DNA from: Candidatus Fermentibacteraceae bacterium
GTDB lineage: Bacteria; Fermentibacterota; Fermentibacteria; Fermentibacterales; JCC-6
DNA: 42,226 nucleotides
Assembly: GCA_041686025.1 (NCBI GenBank)
Contig: JAWLEP010000012.1
Span: forward strand, 1-42,226
Direction: 5' to 3'
In this document: one piece after another, positions 17,681 through 26,303 of the stretch
Layout of the letters: each line of letters starts with the position of its first letter
How positions within the stretch are numbered: the stretch's first letter is position 1
Translations under genes and position numbers: made by a program
The notes under the pieces: model-generated
What the model saw: the letters and a program-made list of their open reading frames with translations, nothing else
Told to the model about the DNA's origin: nothing
The model's database searches: none

Positions 17681-18591
17681 GCTCCCTTCCCTCCGCCGAA
17701 AAGGTACTCCTCCACGGCATCGGTCCGCCCGGGCCCGAACCAGCGTATCCCGGGCAGCCTTCTGAATATGTTCCGCTGCCTTCTGGCCAGTCTCCAGGTG
17801 TTGGTCTCTATGCGGGCAACAGCCTCGTTCAGGTCGATCATCCCCTCCAGGTGGTCGATGATCTCCGCGTAGCCTATGGTCCTGCCCAGGGCGGAGTCCC
17901 TTCCGTATCCGGCATCCATCAGGCCGCGGACCTCATCCACCAGCCCCGCCTGCAGCATCTTAGCGGTGCGCGCGGCTATCCGCCTCTTCAGCTCAGCCGG
18001 GGCAACCCGCAGGCCGGCGGCCCTGAGCTCCGTTCCGGGTCCCTCGGACCTTCCCCGCAGCTCCGAAAGGGTCCTGCCGGACTGCAGGACTATCTCCAGA
18101 GCCCTCACGTGCCTCACCAGGTCCGCCCCGTCTATCTGCTCCGCCCTTTCGGGGTCCAGCCTCAGCAGGGCCCGCCTCATGAAGCCCGGAGAGCCTTCCT
18201 CCGCCGCCCGCAGCCCCCTGCGGATCCGGTCGTTCCTCACCGGCAGGTCGTCCAGCCCCCCGGCCAGCGCTATCATGTACAGCCCCGTGCCCCCCACCAC
18301 CAGGGGCCGGCTTCCGGAAGACCCTATGCTGTCGGCTCTCTCCAGAGCCTCCCGCGCGAACCTCCCCGCCGAGTAGTACTCGTCGGGGTCGGCCACGTCT
18401 ATCAGGTGGTGCGGCAGGGCATTCCTCTCCGTCGCGTCGGGTTTGGCGGTTCCGATGTCCATCCCCCTGTAGATCTGCCTGGAGTCGGCGCTGATAACCT
18501 CTATGGGCCACCTCTCCGCCAGGGCCAGGGCCATTGCCGTCTTCCCAGATGCGGTGCAGCCCACGATCGCCGGAAGCGGCCTATCTGCCAA
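17677..18591 (-). CDS. miaA: tRNA dimethylallyltransferase
   Basis: GCTASGKT, ISADSRQIYRGMDIGTAKP, PHHLID, VVGGTGLY, TIGYAE, LARRQ. Confidence 0.97.
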   Translation of the reverse strand: MADRPLPAIVGCTASGKTAMALALAERWPIEVISADSRQIYRGMDIGTAKPDATERNALPHHLIDVADPDEYYSAGRFAREALERADSIGSSGSRPLVVGGTGLYMIALAGGLDDLPVRNDRIRRGLRAAEEGSPGFMRRALLRLDPERAEQIDGADLVRHVRALEIVLQSGRTLSELRGRSEGPGTELRAAGLRVAPAELKRRIAARTAKMLQAGLVDEVRGLMDAGYGRDSALGRTIGYAEIIDHLEGMIDLNEAVARIETNTWRLARRQRNIFRRLPGIRWFGPGRTDAVEEYLFGGGKGA

Positions 18592-20305
18592 AGCGGCCCT
18601 CCAGCTCGCTGTAGGGTATCTCGATGAGGGTGGGCCTGCCGTGGGGGCAGTGGAACGGGTCGCCGGTGGAGAAGAGCATGTCCATCAGCTCGGCCGACTC
18701 CTCCGGCGTCAGGCGGTCTCCGGCCTTCACAGCTCCGGCGCAGGCGGCGGCGGCCGCCAGCTGCTCGCGCTCGGGGAGCTCCGGCCGGCGGCTCCCCTCG
18801 GGGCTGCGCAGCACCTCCATCAGCGCATCCACCCCGTGGGATACCCCCTCCGGCACCGCGTGCAGCTGCAGCCTGTCGTCCTCGATGGAGAAGCCGAACC
18901 CCACCCTGCGCAGGGTCACCGCGTACCTCCTGAGGGCCTGCATCTCCTCGGGCTCCAGCCGGATGGTCTCGGGAAGCAGCAGGGCCTGGCTGGACCGCTC
19001 TCCGGTCTCGTCCCCCCGGAGGATGCGCTCGAAGAGTATCCTCTCGTGCGCCGCATGCTGGTCCACCACTACTATGCCGGTGCTTACCGCGGAGACCAGG
19101 TAGCTCTTCCCCACCTGGACCACTCCGCAGCCGCGGTACCTGGCCGGCTCGTCGCTTCCCGATGTGGTCCGCGCCCTCTGCAGCTCCATGGCCGCCTCGA
19201 AGAGGCCCGACCGGTCCTCCGCGGTCCCCGGCGGCCTCCCGCCCCCACCGCTGCGGCGGTAGCCGACACCGGCGGCAGACCTTCCGCCTCCCCCGCCGGA
19301 GGGCGTGGAGAAGGACTCCATGGTCTGGGCCGCCCTGGCCCCGGGGAGCTCCGCCAGGGCCGACCGCAGGGCCGATTCCACCGCCCTCCGGTCACGGAAG
19401 CGTATCTCCCTCTTGGTGGGGTGGGCGTTTACGTCCACCTCCGCCCCCGGCAGGGAGAGGCTGACCACCAGAAGGGGATGCCCGGCGGGGCCGCCCAGCT
19501 CCTCCCCCGCTATCGCGGACACCATGGGGGAGTGGATCAGCCTTCCGTTCACCAGCACGTACTGGTTGCGGCGTCCCCGCCAGCGCTGGTCGGGCACCAC
19601 CAGCACATGCGCCTCCGTGCTCCCCGAGGACCCGGCCCCCTCCACCATCCGTACGTCGCCGCCCAGGTCGTAGCGGTCCCGCAGCCTCTGCCGAAGCTCC
19701 TGTCCCGCCGCAAGGCTGAACAGGGGCCTTCCGTTGTGGCGGAGGCTGAAGGCCACGTCCAGCCTGCTCAGTGCCGCCCCGGTGACGAACCGCTGCACCC
19801 AGGAGAGCTCGGTGGACGCAGACCTCAGGAATCGCCTGCGGGCTGGCTGGTTGTAGAATATTCCCCCGCAGGACACCGTCGTTCCCCTGGCCCGCGGCGC
19901 CGGGGAGACGTCCTTCATCTCCCCGCCGTCCATCCGCAGCCTCCATCCCTCCTCCCCGTCGGGGGAGGTCAGCACCGTGAGGTGACAGACGGCGGCTATG
20001 CTGGGCAGAGCCTCGCCGCGGAAGCCCAGGGTGGAGAGGTCGTCCAGGTCATCGGCGGTGCGGATCTTGCTGGTGGCGTGCCTCTGCACCGCCAGCAGCA
20101 GGTCGTGGCGGTTCATCCCCGCCCCGTCGTCGCGGACCTCCACCAGCTTCCGTCCGCCCTTCTCCAGCACCACGTCAACCGCACAGGCTCCGGCGTCCAG
20201 GGCGTTCTCCATCAGCTCCTTGGCCACCGAGGCGGGGCGTTCCACCACCTCGCCCGCCGCGATGCGGTTGACCACCTCGTCTGGAAGCAGCCTGATCTCG
20301 CCCAT
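18581..20305 (-). CDS. mutL: DNA mismatch repair endonuclease MutL
   Basis: IAAGEVVERPASVAKELMENALDAG, GFRGEALPSI, DVNAHPTKREIRF, endonuclease motif DQHAAHERILFE, CPHGRP; GGAGG SD. Confidence 0.97.
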   Translation of the reverse strand: MGEIRLLPDEVVNRIAAGEVVERPASVAKELMENALDAGACAVDVVLEKGGRKLVEVRDDGAGMNRHDLLLAVQRHATSKIRTADDLDDLSTLGFRGEALPSIAAVCHLTVLTSPDGEEGWRLRMDGGEMKDVSPAPRARGTTVSCGGIFYNQPARRRFLRSASTELSWVQRFVTGAALSRLDVAFSLRHNGRPLFSLAAGQELRQRLRDRYDLGGDVRMVEGAGSSGSTEAHVLVVPDQRWRGRRNQYVLVNGRLIHSPMVSAIAGEELGGPAGHPLLVVSLSLPGAEVDVNAHPTKREIRFRDRRAVESALRSALAELPGARAAQTMESFSTPSGGGGGRSAAGVGYRRSGGGGRPPGTAEDRSGLFEAAMELQRARTTSGSDEPARYRGCGVVQVGKSYLVSAVSTGIVVVDQHAAHERILFERILRGDETGERSSQALLLPETIRLEPEEMQALRRYAVTLRRVGFGFSIEDDRLQLHAVPEGVSHGVDALMEVLRSPEGSRRPELPEREQLAAAAACAGAVKAGDRLTPEESAELMDMLFSTGDPFHCPHGRPTLIEIPYSELEGRFGR

Positions 20306-20364
20306 TGCACCTCCGAATAGCCCTGGCGGACACTCTGCGGTCCCCCGATATCTGTTAACGCAGG

Positions 20365-20392
20365 AATATAGCCCTGGCCCGGACCTCATCAA
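20365..20392 (-). promoter_or_regulatory. Candidate sigma70 promoter for the mutL-miaA operon
   Basis: TTGATG-16 nt-TATATT on the minus strand, about 60 nt upstream of the mutL ATG. Confidence 0.35.
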
Positions 20393-20461
20393 AGACCCGC
20401 CCGCAGCAACCCTCCGTGAGAGCACAGCGCCCCTCTGCGTCTGGGAACCGGCCGGGGATGG

Positions 20462-21094
20462 TCAGCGCCTGCGGGGGATGCGCGCAAGGCCTCCCATGTA
20501 GAGGTTCTCCCAGATCATCCGGTGGGCCTCCGTGAAGAACACCTTCCCCAGGAATGGCCGCCTGTGGAAATGGTGCAGCTCCCTCCTGGAGGGGTCGTAT
20601 ATCACCGGGATGAGAAACCCCTTCCGTGCCGGGATCTTCCGCCGGAGGGCCGAGGCCCTGCTCCAGACCCAGCGCAGCACCTCGCGGGTAATGTGAGAAG
20701 ACACCGCCACGGGTATGACGTACACCAGGGTGGCCACCCTGCGGGCGCTCATCCTTTCCAGGTCCAGCGCCTTCAGCGTTTTCCCGCAACCGGCCATGTT
20801 GGCTATGTAGCTGCGTTCGGGCTCGCCGAGCTCCCCGGCCCCGGGCATCGGGTGCCCGTTCTCCATGGCCCATTGCCAGGCCCTGTCTGAGAACCGGTGC
20901 AGCAGTGGACTGGTGAGCCTGCCGAACTCCCCGAAGATGAAGTACTCCTCCAGAAAGGTGGGCATGCCCACCTGCCGGAAGCGCACCGCACTGGCGCAGT
21001 ACAGGAACGGGCATCCCGGATCGTCGTCCAGGTCTCTGACCCGGAAGCCGCCCTCTGCAAAGCGTCTCTTCAGCCCCCGGGTGCGCGGCTCCAT
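20462..21094 (-). CDS. Hypothetical protein
   Basis: 210-codon ORF with protein-like composition (FIFGEF...FSDRAWQWA...IPVIYD...P.LG..F); the overlapping alternative frames look non-coding. Confidence 0.7.
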   Translation of the reverse strand: MEPRTRGLKRRFAEGGFRVRDLDDDPGCPFLYCASAVRFRQVGMPTFLEEYFIFGEFGRLTSPLLHRFSDRAWQWAMENGHPMPGAGELGEPERSYIANMAGCGKTLKALDLERMSARRVATLVYVIPVAVSSHITREVLRWVWSRASALRRKIPARKGFLIPVIYDPSRRELHHFHRRPFLGKVFFTEAHRMIWENLYMGGLARIPRRR

Positions 21095-21341
21095 CAAGTC
21101 CCCGGCCGTTCGCGGACTGCCGGCATATGCCGTGCTGCTGAAAGACGGCTACGACTGACCATCCCTCCCTCTGCACGGTTGGGGGCGCTTCGCCGGAGAA
21201 AAGCCCCAACCACTTGTACTCGATTCATGCGCCTGTTGGCGAAGAAAGCCTCTGTCTGAAGCTCTTCAGCGCCCCTGCCCCTGGTCCGGGTCTCAGCCAT
21301 GGCTGTGTGCGGTCTCTCCATCATGGGGTCGGCTGGCTGCC

Positions 21342-21430
21342 TGGTGCCGGGAGAGGGACTCGAACCCTCACGCCCCGCTGGGGGCAACGGATTTTAAGTC
21401 CGTTGTGTCTGCCAGTTCCACCATCCCGGC
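21342..21430 (-). tRNA. tRNA-Leu (anticodon TAA)
   Basis: GCCGGGA acceptor stem, D-loop TGGTGGAACTGGCAGAC, anticodon arm ACGGA-CTTAAAA-TCCGT, long variable arm, GGTTCGAGTCC T-arm, encoded CCA. Confidence 0.97.
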
Positions 21431-21439
21431 ACCTGGAGA

Positions 21440-21445
21440 AGTATA
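21440..21445 (-). promoter_or_regulatory. Candidate -10 box (TATACT) for tRNA-Leu
   Basis: TATACT 9 nt upstream of the mature tRNA 5' end; no clear -35. Confidence 0.4.
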
Positions 21446-21478
21446 CAAGCGAGCGGGGGCGGGTGATAGGTGAGAGAA

Positions 21479-21503
21479 GGGCCGGGCGGTCTCCGCCCGG
21501 CCC
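21479..21503 (-). terminator. Putative intrinsic terminator after the FadL-family gene
   Basis: Perfect 11-bp GC stem GGGCCGGGCGG/CCGCCCGGCCC with 3-nt loop, 21 nt past the stop; followed by a weak pyrimidine tract (TTCTCT). Confidence 0.6.
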
Positions 21504-21524
21504 ACCTGTCGTGTCGCGGGTCGC

Positions 21525-22829
21525 CTAGAAGCTGGCCTCCAGGCCTATTCCCAGGTAGAAGACGTTCTTGTTGTAGGTGGAACCGTCGAAGAGGCCCTCG
21601 TCCACCTCCCCCTCGTCGCAGAAGAGGTATCCCAGGGCGCCGTTGAGGTCCAGGTTCTCGCTGGCGGCCAGCCGCATGCCAGTGCTGATGAAGTGGGCGT
21701 TCAGCGAGTACTCGAAGTCGTTGAAGGTGTCCGGGCCGCCTCCGAGGTTGGAGTAGAGGTAGGAGAGACCGCCCATGACCCGGGGAGTGATCTGGTAGTC
21801 CATCCCGGTGCCGATCTCGTAGCCGTTCTTGTAGTCGTCGTCGTAGGCGTCCTCCTGGCCCTGGTCGGCCTGCTCCAGGAAGTAGTAGTTGCCGGAGAGG
21901 GCCAGGTTGAGCCTGTCGTTGGCCTGGTATGTGACGCCTCCGGCCAGCACCGCGGGAAGATCCCTGCGCTGCTCGAAGCCGTCGACGAAGGAGTTGAAGG
22001 GCGCTGCGGTCAGAGCGGACCAGTCATTGCGGTCGGCCTCGGTCTCCATCTCCATGGTGGTTACTGTCTCGTAGCGGATGGCGGCGTTGACCCTGTCGCT
22101 GAGGCGCGCGTTGACGGAGATGATGCCGTTGAAGCCGGACCCGGTCTTGGTGGCGTCCAGCTCATGGTGGGTGGTGTCTACGGGACTGCCTGTAGCGCCG
22201 TCGATGATGATGAAATCGCCCTCCGCGTCGTAGGTGCGCGTGCCGCTGGTGTAGCGGCCGGCAAGGCCCACGGAGAATACGTCGCTGATCATGTAGGAGC
22301 CGCCGAAGGTGCCGGCCAGGTACATCGATGAGCCGTCCACCTCTCCGTCGGTCATGGACGCGAAGATGTAGGGGCTTCCGTAGACGGCCTGCTGAAGCGC
22401 CGTCTCGGCGAAGGCCAGGGCCGGAAGGCCGTCCTCGTAGACCAGCCTGCCGCCGCCGGCGGGTACGGTGAACGCCCCGTACAGGGCCCATCTGCACTGC
22501 CTGTATACGGCGTAGAGCCCGGGCAGCGACAGCGTGGGCTCGGTGGACTCGAACTGCGTGGCCTCGGATTCGCCGGGGAGTATCCCGCTGACCTCGTAGT
22601 TCTTCAGCAGGGTCTGGGAGCTGGCGTTGATGTGGAAGCCCGGCTCCAGGTAGACCAGGCCCGCCGGGTTGTAGCTGACCAGGTCGGCGCCGTCGGTGGC
22701 GGCGTTCCGGGCCATGTTGCGCAGGAAGTCGACGCTGCGCGAGGATATCAGGTCTACGTTGCCTGCAGTGGCAGTCGCGGCAATTGCCAGGACTGCGATG
22801 CAGAGCGCGGGCAGACGGTATGCCTTCAT
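21525..22829 (-). CDS. Outer-membrane transport protein (FadL/OmpP1/TodX family)
   Basis: Signal peptide; RNAATDGADLVSYNPAGL hatch motif; VPAGGG; DLPAVL; terminal YLGIGLEASF beta-signal; GGAGGGG SD. Confidence 0.88.
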   Translation of the reverse strand: MKAYRLPALCIAVLAIAATATAGNVDLISSRSVDFLRNMARNAATDGADLVSYNPAGLVYLEPGFHINASSQTLLKNYEVSGILPGESEATQFESTEPTLSLPGLYAVYRQCRWALYGAFTVPAGGGRLVYEDGLPALAFAETALQQAVYGSPYIFASMTDGEVDGSSMYLAGTFGGSYMISDVFSVGLAGRYTSGTRTYDAEGDFIIIDGATGSPVDTTHHELDATKTGSGFNGIISVNARLSDRVNAAIRYETVTTMEMETEADRNDWSALTAAPFNSFVDGFEQRRDLPAVLAGGVTYQANDRLNLALSGNYYFLEQADQGQEDAYDDDYKNGYEIGTGMDYQITPRVMGGLSYLYSNLGGGPDTFNDFEYSLNAHFISTGMRLAASENLDLNGALGYLFCDEGEVDEGLFDGSTYNKNVFYLGIGLEASF

Positions 22830-22933
22830 AGTTCCCCTCCCGGTATGCTGCGCCAGACTCACGGCGCACCGGCCGTCATGAAGTCCGCCGCAGCCGGCCG
22901 GTATGATGCGGCAGCCGTTTACCTCCAGCGACG

Positions 22934-22962
22934 TTTATAGCCAAGGGAGGCCCTTGCAGCAA
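22934..22962 (-). promoter_or_regulatory. Candidate sigma70 promoter for the FadL-family gene
   Basis: TTGCTG-17 nt-TATAAA on the minus strand; the spacer contains the inverted repeat CAAGGG-cct-CCCTTG. Confidence 0.5.
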
Positions 22963-22975
22963 GGATCTGGGCCGC

Positions 22976-24682
22976 TTACCGCTTTCCCTTCCGCTGCTGC
23001 TTCAGGGCCTTCTCGATCCTGCGCCAGGTGTCGCGGAGGGGCACCGTGCGGTTGAAGACCATCCGGTCTTCCGAGGAGTCGATGGGGTCGACGCAGAAGT
23101 AGCCCACCCGCTCGAACTGGATGGGCTGTCCCGGCATGGCATCCATGAGGGCCGGCTCCACCGGCACCTCGTCCAGAACCTCCAGCGAGTCGGGGTTCAG
23201 GTGGTCTGTGAAGTCGCCGCCCTCCTCCGTGGACATGGGATTGGGCACCCCGAACAGGCGGTCGTACAGCCGAACCTCCGCCCTGGCGGCATGCGCGGCG
23301 GAGACCCAGTGCAGCGTCCCCCGCACCTTCCTCCCGTCCGGGGCGTCCCCTCCCCTGGTCTCGGGGTCGTAGGTGCAGCGGATCTCGGTGACCCTGCCCT
23401 CTTCGTCGGTCTCGAAGCCGGTGCAGGTGACCAGGTAGGCGTAGCGGAGGCGGACCTCCCTGCCCGGCGACATCCTGTAGAACCGGCGGGGCGGGTCCTC
23501 GCGAAAGTCCCGGCGGTCTATGTAGATCTCCCGGGAGAAGGGGACCTCTCGGGTGCCGGCGCCGGGGTCCTCGGGGTTGTTGACGAAGTCCAGCTCCTCG
23601 GTGCGGTCCACGGGGTAGTTCTCGATAACCACCTTCACCGGGTCCAGGACGGCCATGTAGCGGGTGGCGCGGCGGTTGAGGTCGTCGCGGACGCAGTGCT
23701 CCAGCAGGCTGAGGTCCACCGTGCTGTCCCGCTTGGCCACGCCTATGCGCGAGATGAAGTCCCTTATGGCCTCCGGGGTGCAGCCGCGGCGGCGCAGACC
23801 GGACAGCGTGGGCATCCGGGGGTCGTCCCAGCCGTCCACGTAGCCCTCCTCCACCAGCCTGCCCAGCCTTCTCTTGCTCAGTACGGTGAAGGTGATGTTC
23901 AGCCGGGCGAACTCGATCTGCTGGGGATGGAAGACGTCCAGCTGGTCCAGGAACCAGTCGTATATGGGCCTGTGGTCCTCGAACTCCAGCGAGCACAGCG
24001 AGTGGGTGATCCGCTCGATGGAGTCCTCGAGGCAGTGGGCGTAGTCGTACATGGGGTATATGCACCATTCCTCGCCCGTCCTGTGGTGGGGCTTGTAGAG
24101 TATCCGGTAGATGGCCGGGTCGCGCATGTTCATGTTGGGATGCGCCATGTCGACCTTGGCCCGCAGGGTCCGCGAGCCCTCCGGAAACTCACCGGCCCGC
24201 ATCCTGCGGAAGAGGTCCAGGTTCTCCTCCACGGACCGGTCCCGGCAGGGGCTGTTGCGACCGGGCTCGGTGAGGGTGCCGCGGTACTCCCTTACCTCCT
24301 CGGCGCTGAGGTCGCAGACGTAGGCCTTGCCCAGGCGGATCAGCTCCTCGGCGTAGTCGTACATCTGCCCGAAGTAGTCGGAGGCGAAGTAGAGCCTGTC
24401 CTCCCAGTCGAAGCCCAGCCACCGTATGTCGCGCTTGATCCCCTCCACGTACTCGGGGTTCTCCTTGGTGGGGTTGGTGTCGTCGAAGCGGAGGTTGCAC
24501 TTGCCCCCGTACTCCTCGGCGATTCCGAAGTCCAGGCATATGGCCTTGGCGTGTCCTATGTGGAGGTAGCCGTTGGGCTCGGGGGGAAACCGGGTGTGCA
24601 CCCGGCCGTTGTGCTTGCCGCTGGCAAGGTCCCTCTCCACTATATCTCGGATGAAGTCCCTGGACTCGCCGGCCTCGCCCAT
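22976..24682 (-). CDS. glnS: Glutamine--tRNA ligase
   Basis: [73 protein letters not shown]. Confidence 0.98.
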   Translation of the reverse strand: MGEAGESRDFIRDIVERDLASGKHNGRVHTRFPPEPNGYLHIGHAKAICLDFGIAEEYGGKCNLRFDDTNPTKENPEYVEGIKRDIRWLGFDWEDRLYFASDYFGQMYDYAEELIRLGKAYVCDLSAEEVREYRGTLTEPGRNSPCRDRSVEENLDLFRRMRAGEFPEGSRTLRAKVDMAHPNMNMRDPAIYRILYKPHHRTGEEWCIYPMYDYAHCLEDSIERITHSLCSLEFEDHRPIYDWFLDQLDVFHPQQIEFARLNITFTVLSKRRLGRLVEEGYVDGWDDPRMPTLSGLRRRGCTPEAIRDFISRIGVAKRDSTVDLSLLEHCVRDDLNRRATRYMAVLDPVKVVIENYPVDRTEELDFVNNPEDPGAGTREVPFSREIYIDRRDFREDPPRRFYRMSPGREVRLRYAYLVTCTGFETDEEGRVTEIRCTYDPETRGGDAPDGRKVRGTLHWVSAAHAARAEVRLYDRLFGVPNPMSTEEGGDFTDHLNPDSLEVLDEVPVEPALMDAMPGQPIQFERVGYFCVDPIDSSEDRMVFNRTVPLRDTWRRIEKALKQQRKGKR

Positions 24683-24745
24683 AAAACCCTCCCAGGCCTG
24701 TTGAGATCACACTGCAATCGAAGCTAAACTAACCGATCCACGCGC

Positions 24746-25444
24746 TCAGGTGCCAGCCTGGCCCCGGCCCCTTCCAGCCACCACCGGGTTGGACAGGACA
24801 CCTATGCCCTCTATCTCCACCTCCACCACGTCCCCCGGCTCTATCGGTCCCACGCCCGCCGGCGTGCCGGTGGCTATGACGTCGTAGGGCTCCAGGGTCA
24901 TGTTCCGGGAGACGAAGGAGACGATCCCGGCGGTATCGAAGAGCATCCTGGAGGTGTGCGAGCTCTGCACCGTCTTTCCGTTGAGGCGGCAGACGATGCC
25001 CAGGGCGTCGGGGTCCACGCTGCCCGCCGGCGCTATCCGGGGCCCCAGGGGGCCGAAGGTGTCCAGCGACTTGCCCCGGAACCACCCGGAGGCGTCGGAG
25101 AACTGGAAGTTGCGCTGGCTGACGTCGTTGAAGCAGGAGTAGCCCAGAACGCAGTCCAGGGCCTCGTCGGGAGATACGTCGGAGGCTCTCCTGCCCATGA
25201 TCACGGCCATCTCCGCCTCGTAGTGGACCTCGGGGCTCTCGAAACCGTAGCCGTCGATGAAGGCCGGTATCACGACGGGCTCGCCGTGGCCCACCAGCAC
25301 GTTGGGGGTCTTGGCGAAGAGGATGGGCTCCCGGGGGGTCTGCTGCCTCGTCTCCTCTATGTGGTCGGCGTAGTTGAGGCCCAGGGCGATTATCTTGGTG
25401 GGCCTGAGGTCGATCCTGCCCTCTCCGGCGATCTCCAGCCTCAT
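24746..25444 (-). CDS. Fumarylacetoacetate hydrolase family protein
   Basis: KIIALGLNYADH, HYEAEMAVI, NDVSQR, GKSLDTFGPLGP, TGTPAGVG; ATGA overlap with the map stop. Confidence 0.93.
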   Translation of the reverse strand: MRLEIAGEGRIDLRPTKIIALGLNYADHIEETRQQTPREPILFAKTPNVLVGHGEPVVIPAFIDGYGFESPEVHYEAEMAVIMGRRASDVSPDEALDCVLGYSCFNDVSQRNFQFSDASGWFRGKSLDTFGPLGPRIAPAGSVDPDALGIVCRLNGKTVQSSHTSRMLFDTAGIVSFVSRNMTLEPYDVIATGTPAGVGPIEPGDVVEVEIEGIGVLSNPVVAGRGRGQAGT

Positions 25445-26214
25445 GTCTTCCCTTCCCCGGGTCTGGGAGTCAGTATCTCCACGCCGTCCTCGGTGACGGC
25501 CAGCGTATGCTCGAACTGCGCGCTCAGGCTGCCGTCGGCGGTGCGGGCGGTCCAGCCGTCGGAGGAGGACACCTCCACCTCCCAGGAGCTTCCGGCGTTG
25601 ATCATGGGCTCTATGGTGAAGGTCATTCCCGGCCGCATCCGTATCCTGTTGGCCCTGCTGTAGTGGTGCAGCACCATGGGGTCCTCGTGGAAGCGCTTGC
25701 CTATGCCGTGGCCGCTGTAGGCCCGGACTATGCTGTAGCCGAACTTGGAGACGTACCTCTCGATGGACCGTCCCACCTCGTAGAGGTACTTCCCCGGCCT
25801 CACCGCGGCTATTCCCCGGTAGAGGGCCCTGTCGGTCCTCCCGACCAGCAGCTCCGCCTCCCGGCTGACCCGGCCCACCGGGAAGGTCCTGGAGGTGTCC
25901 CCGTGATAGCCGTCCAGCTTCACGGTTACGTCCACGTTCACTATGTCGCCCTCCTGCAGTATCTCCGTGGGAGAGGGAATCCCGTGGCAGACAACGTCGT
26001 TGATGGAGGTGCAGAGGTGCTTGGGGAAGCCCCGGTAGCCGTACGGGGCCGAGGAGGCTCCCGCCTCCCGGGTTATCCTGTCGGCCAGGGCGTCCAGCTC
26101 CTCTGTGGATACCCCCGGGGCCACCGCCAGACCCACCTCGTGCAGGACCCTGGCCGCCAGTCTGCCCGCCCGGCGCATCTTCTCGATCTCGGCCGGCTTC
26201 TTGGTCCTGATCAT
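25441..26214 (-). CDS. map: Methionine aminopeptidase type I
   Basis: CTSINDVVCHGIP, GDIVNVDVT, DGYHGDTSRTF, GHGIG..FHEDP, FTIEPMIN, SAQFEHT. Confidence 0.98.
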   Translation of the reverse strand: MIRTKKPAEIEKMRRAGRLAARVLHEVGLAVAPGVSTEELDALADRITREAGASSAPYGYRGFPKHLCTSINDVVCHGIPSPTEILQEGDIVNVDVTVKLDGYHGDTSRTFPVGRVSREAELLVGRTDRALYRGIAAVRPGKYLYEVGRSIERYVSKFGYSIVRAYSGHGIGKRFHEDPMVLHHYSRANRIRMRPGMTFTIEPMINAGSSWEVEVSSSDGWTARTADGSLSAQFEHTLAVTEDGVEILTPRPGEGKT

Positions 26215-26303
26215 CCTGCACCGCCTTCCGGTGAGCTGCCGTCGGTCGGGGAATCAGAAGGCAAATCTACTACCGCCGGCGCCGGAGGCAAAAGACCCCG
26301 TCC

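Noticed and set aside
20775..20805. AGCGKT in the hypothetical protein as a Walker A motif
   Set aside because: It lacks the G/A at the first position of GxxxxGK[ST], has no preceding hydrophobic strand, and no Walker B is evident.
21094..21387. 97-aa ORF
   Set aside because: It starts inside the tRNA gene; only its last 22 codons were kept as a possible uORF.
20306..21430. Genomic island integrated at tRNA-Leu
   Set aside because: No integrase, no duplicated tRNA 3' end found by eye, and no strong compositional shift.
24746..26221. 491-aa ORF suggesting an extended FAH protein
   Set aside because: The N-terminal half is off-frame over map; the real start is the ATGA overlap at 25444.
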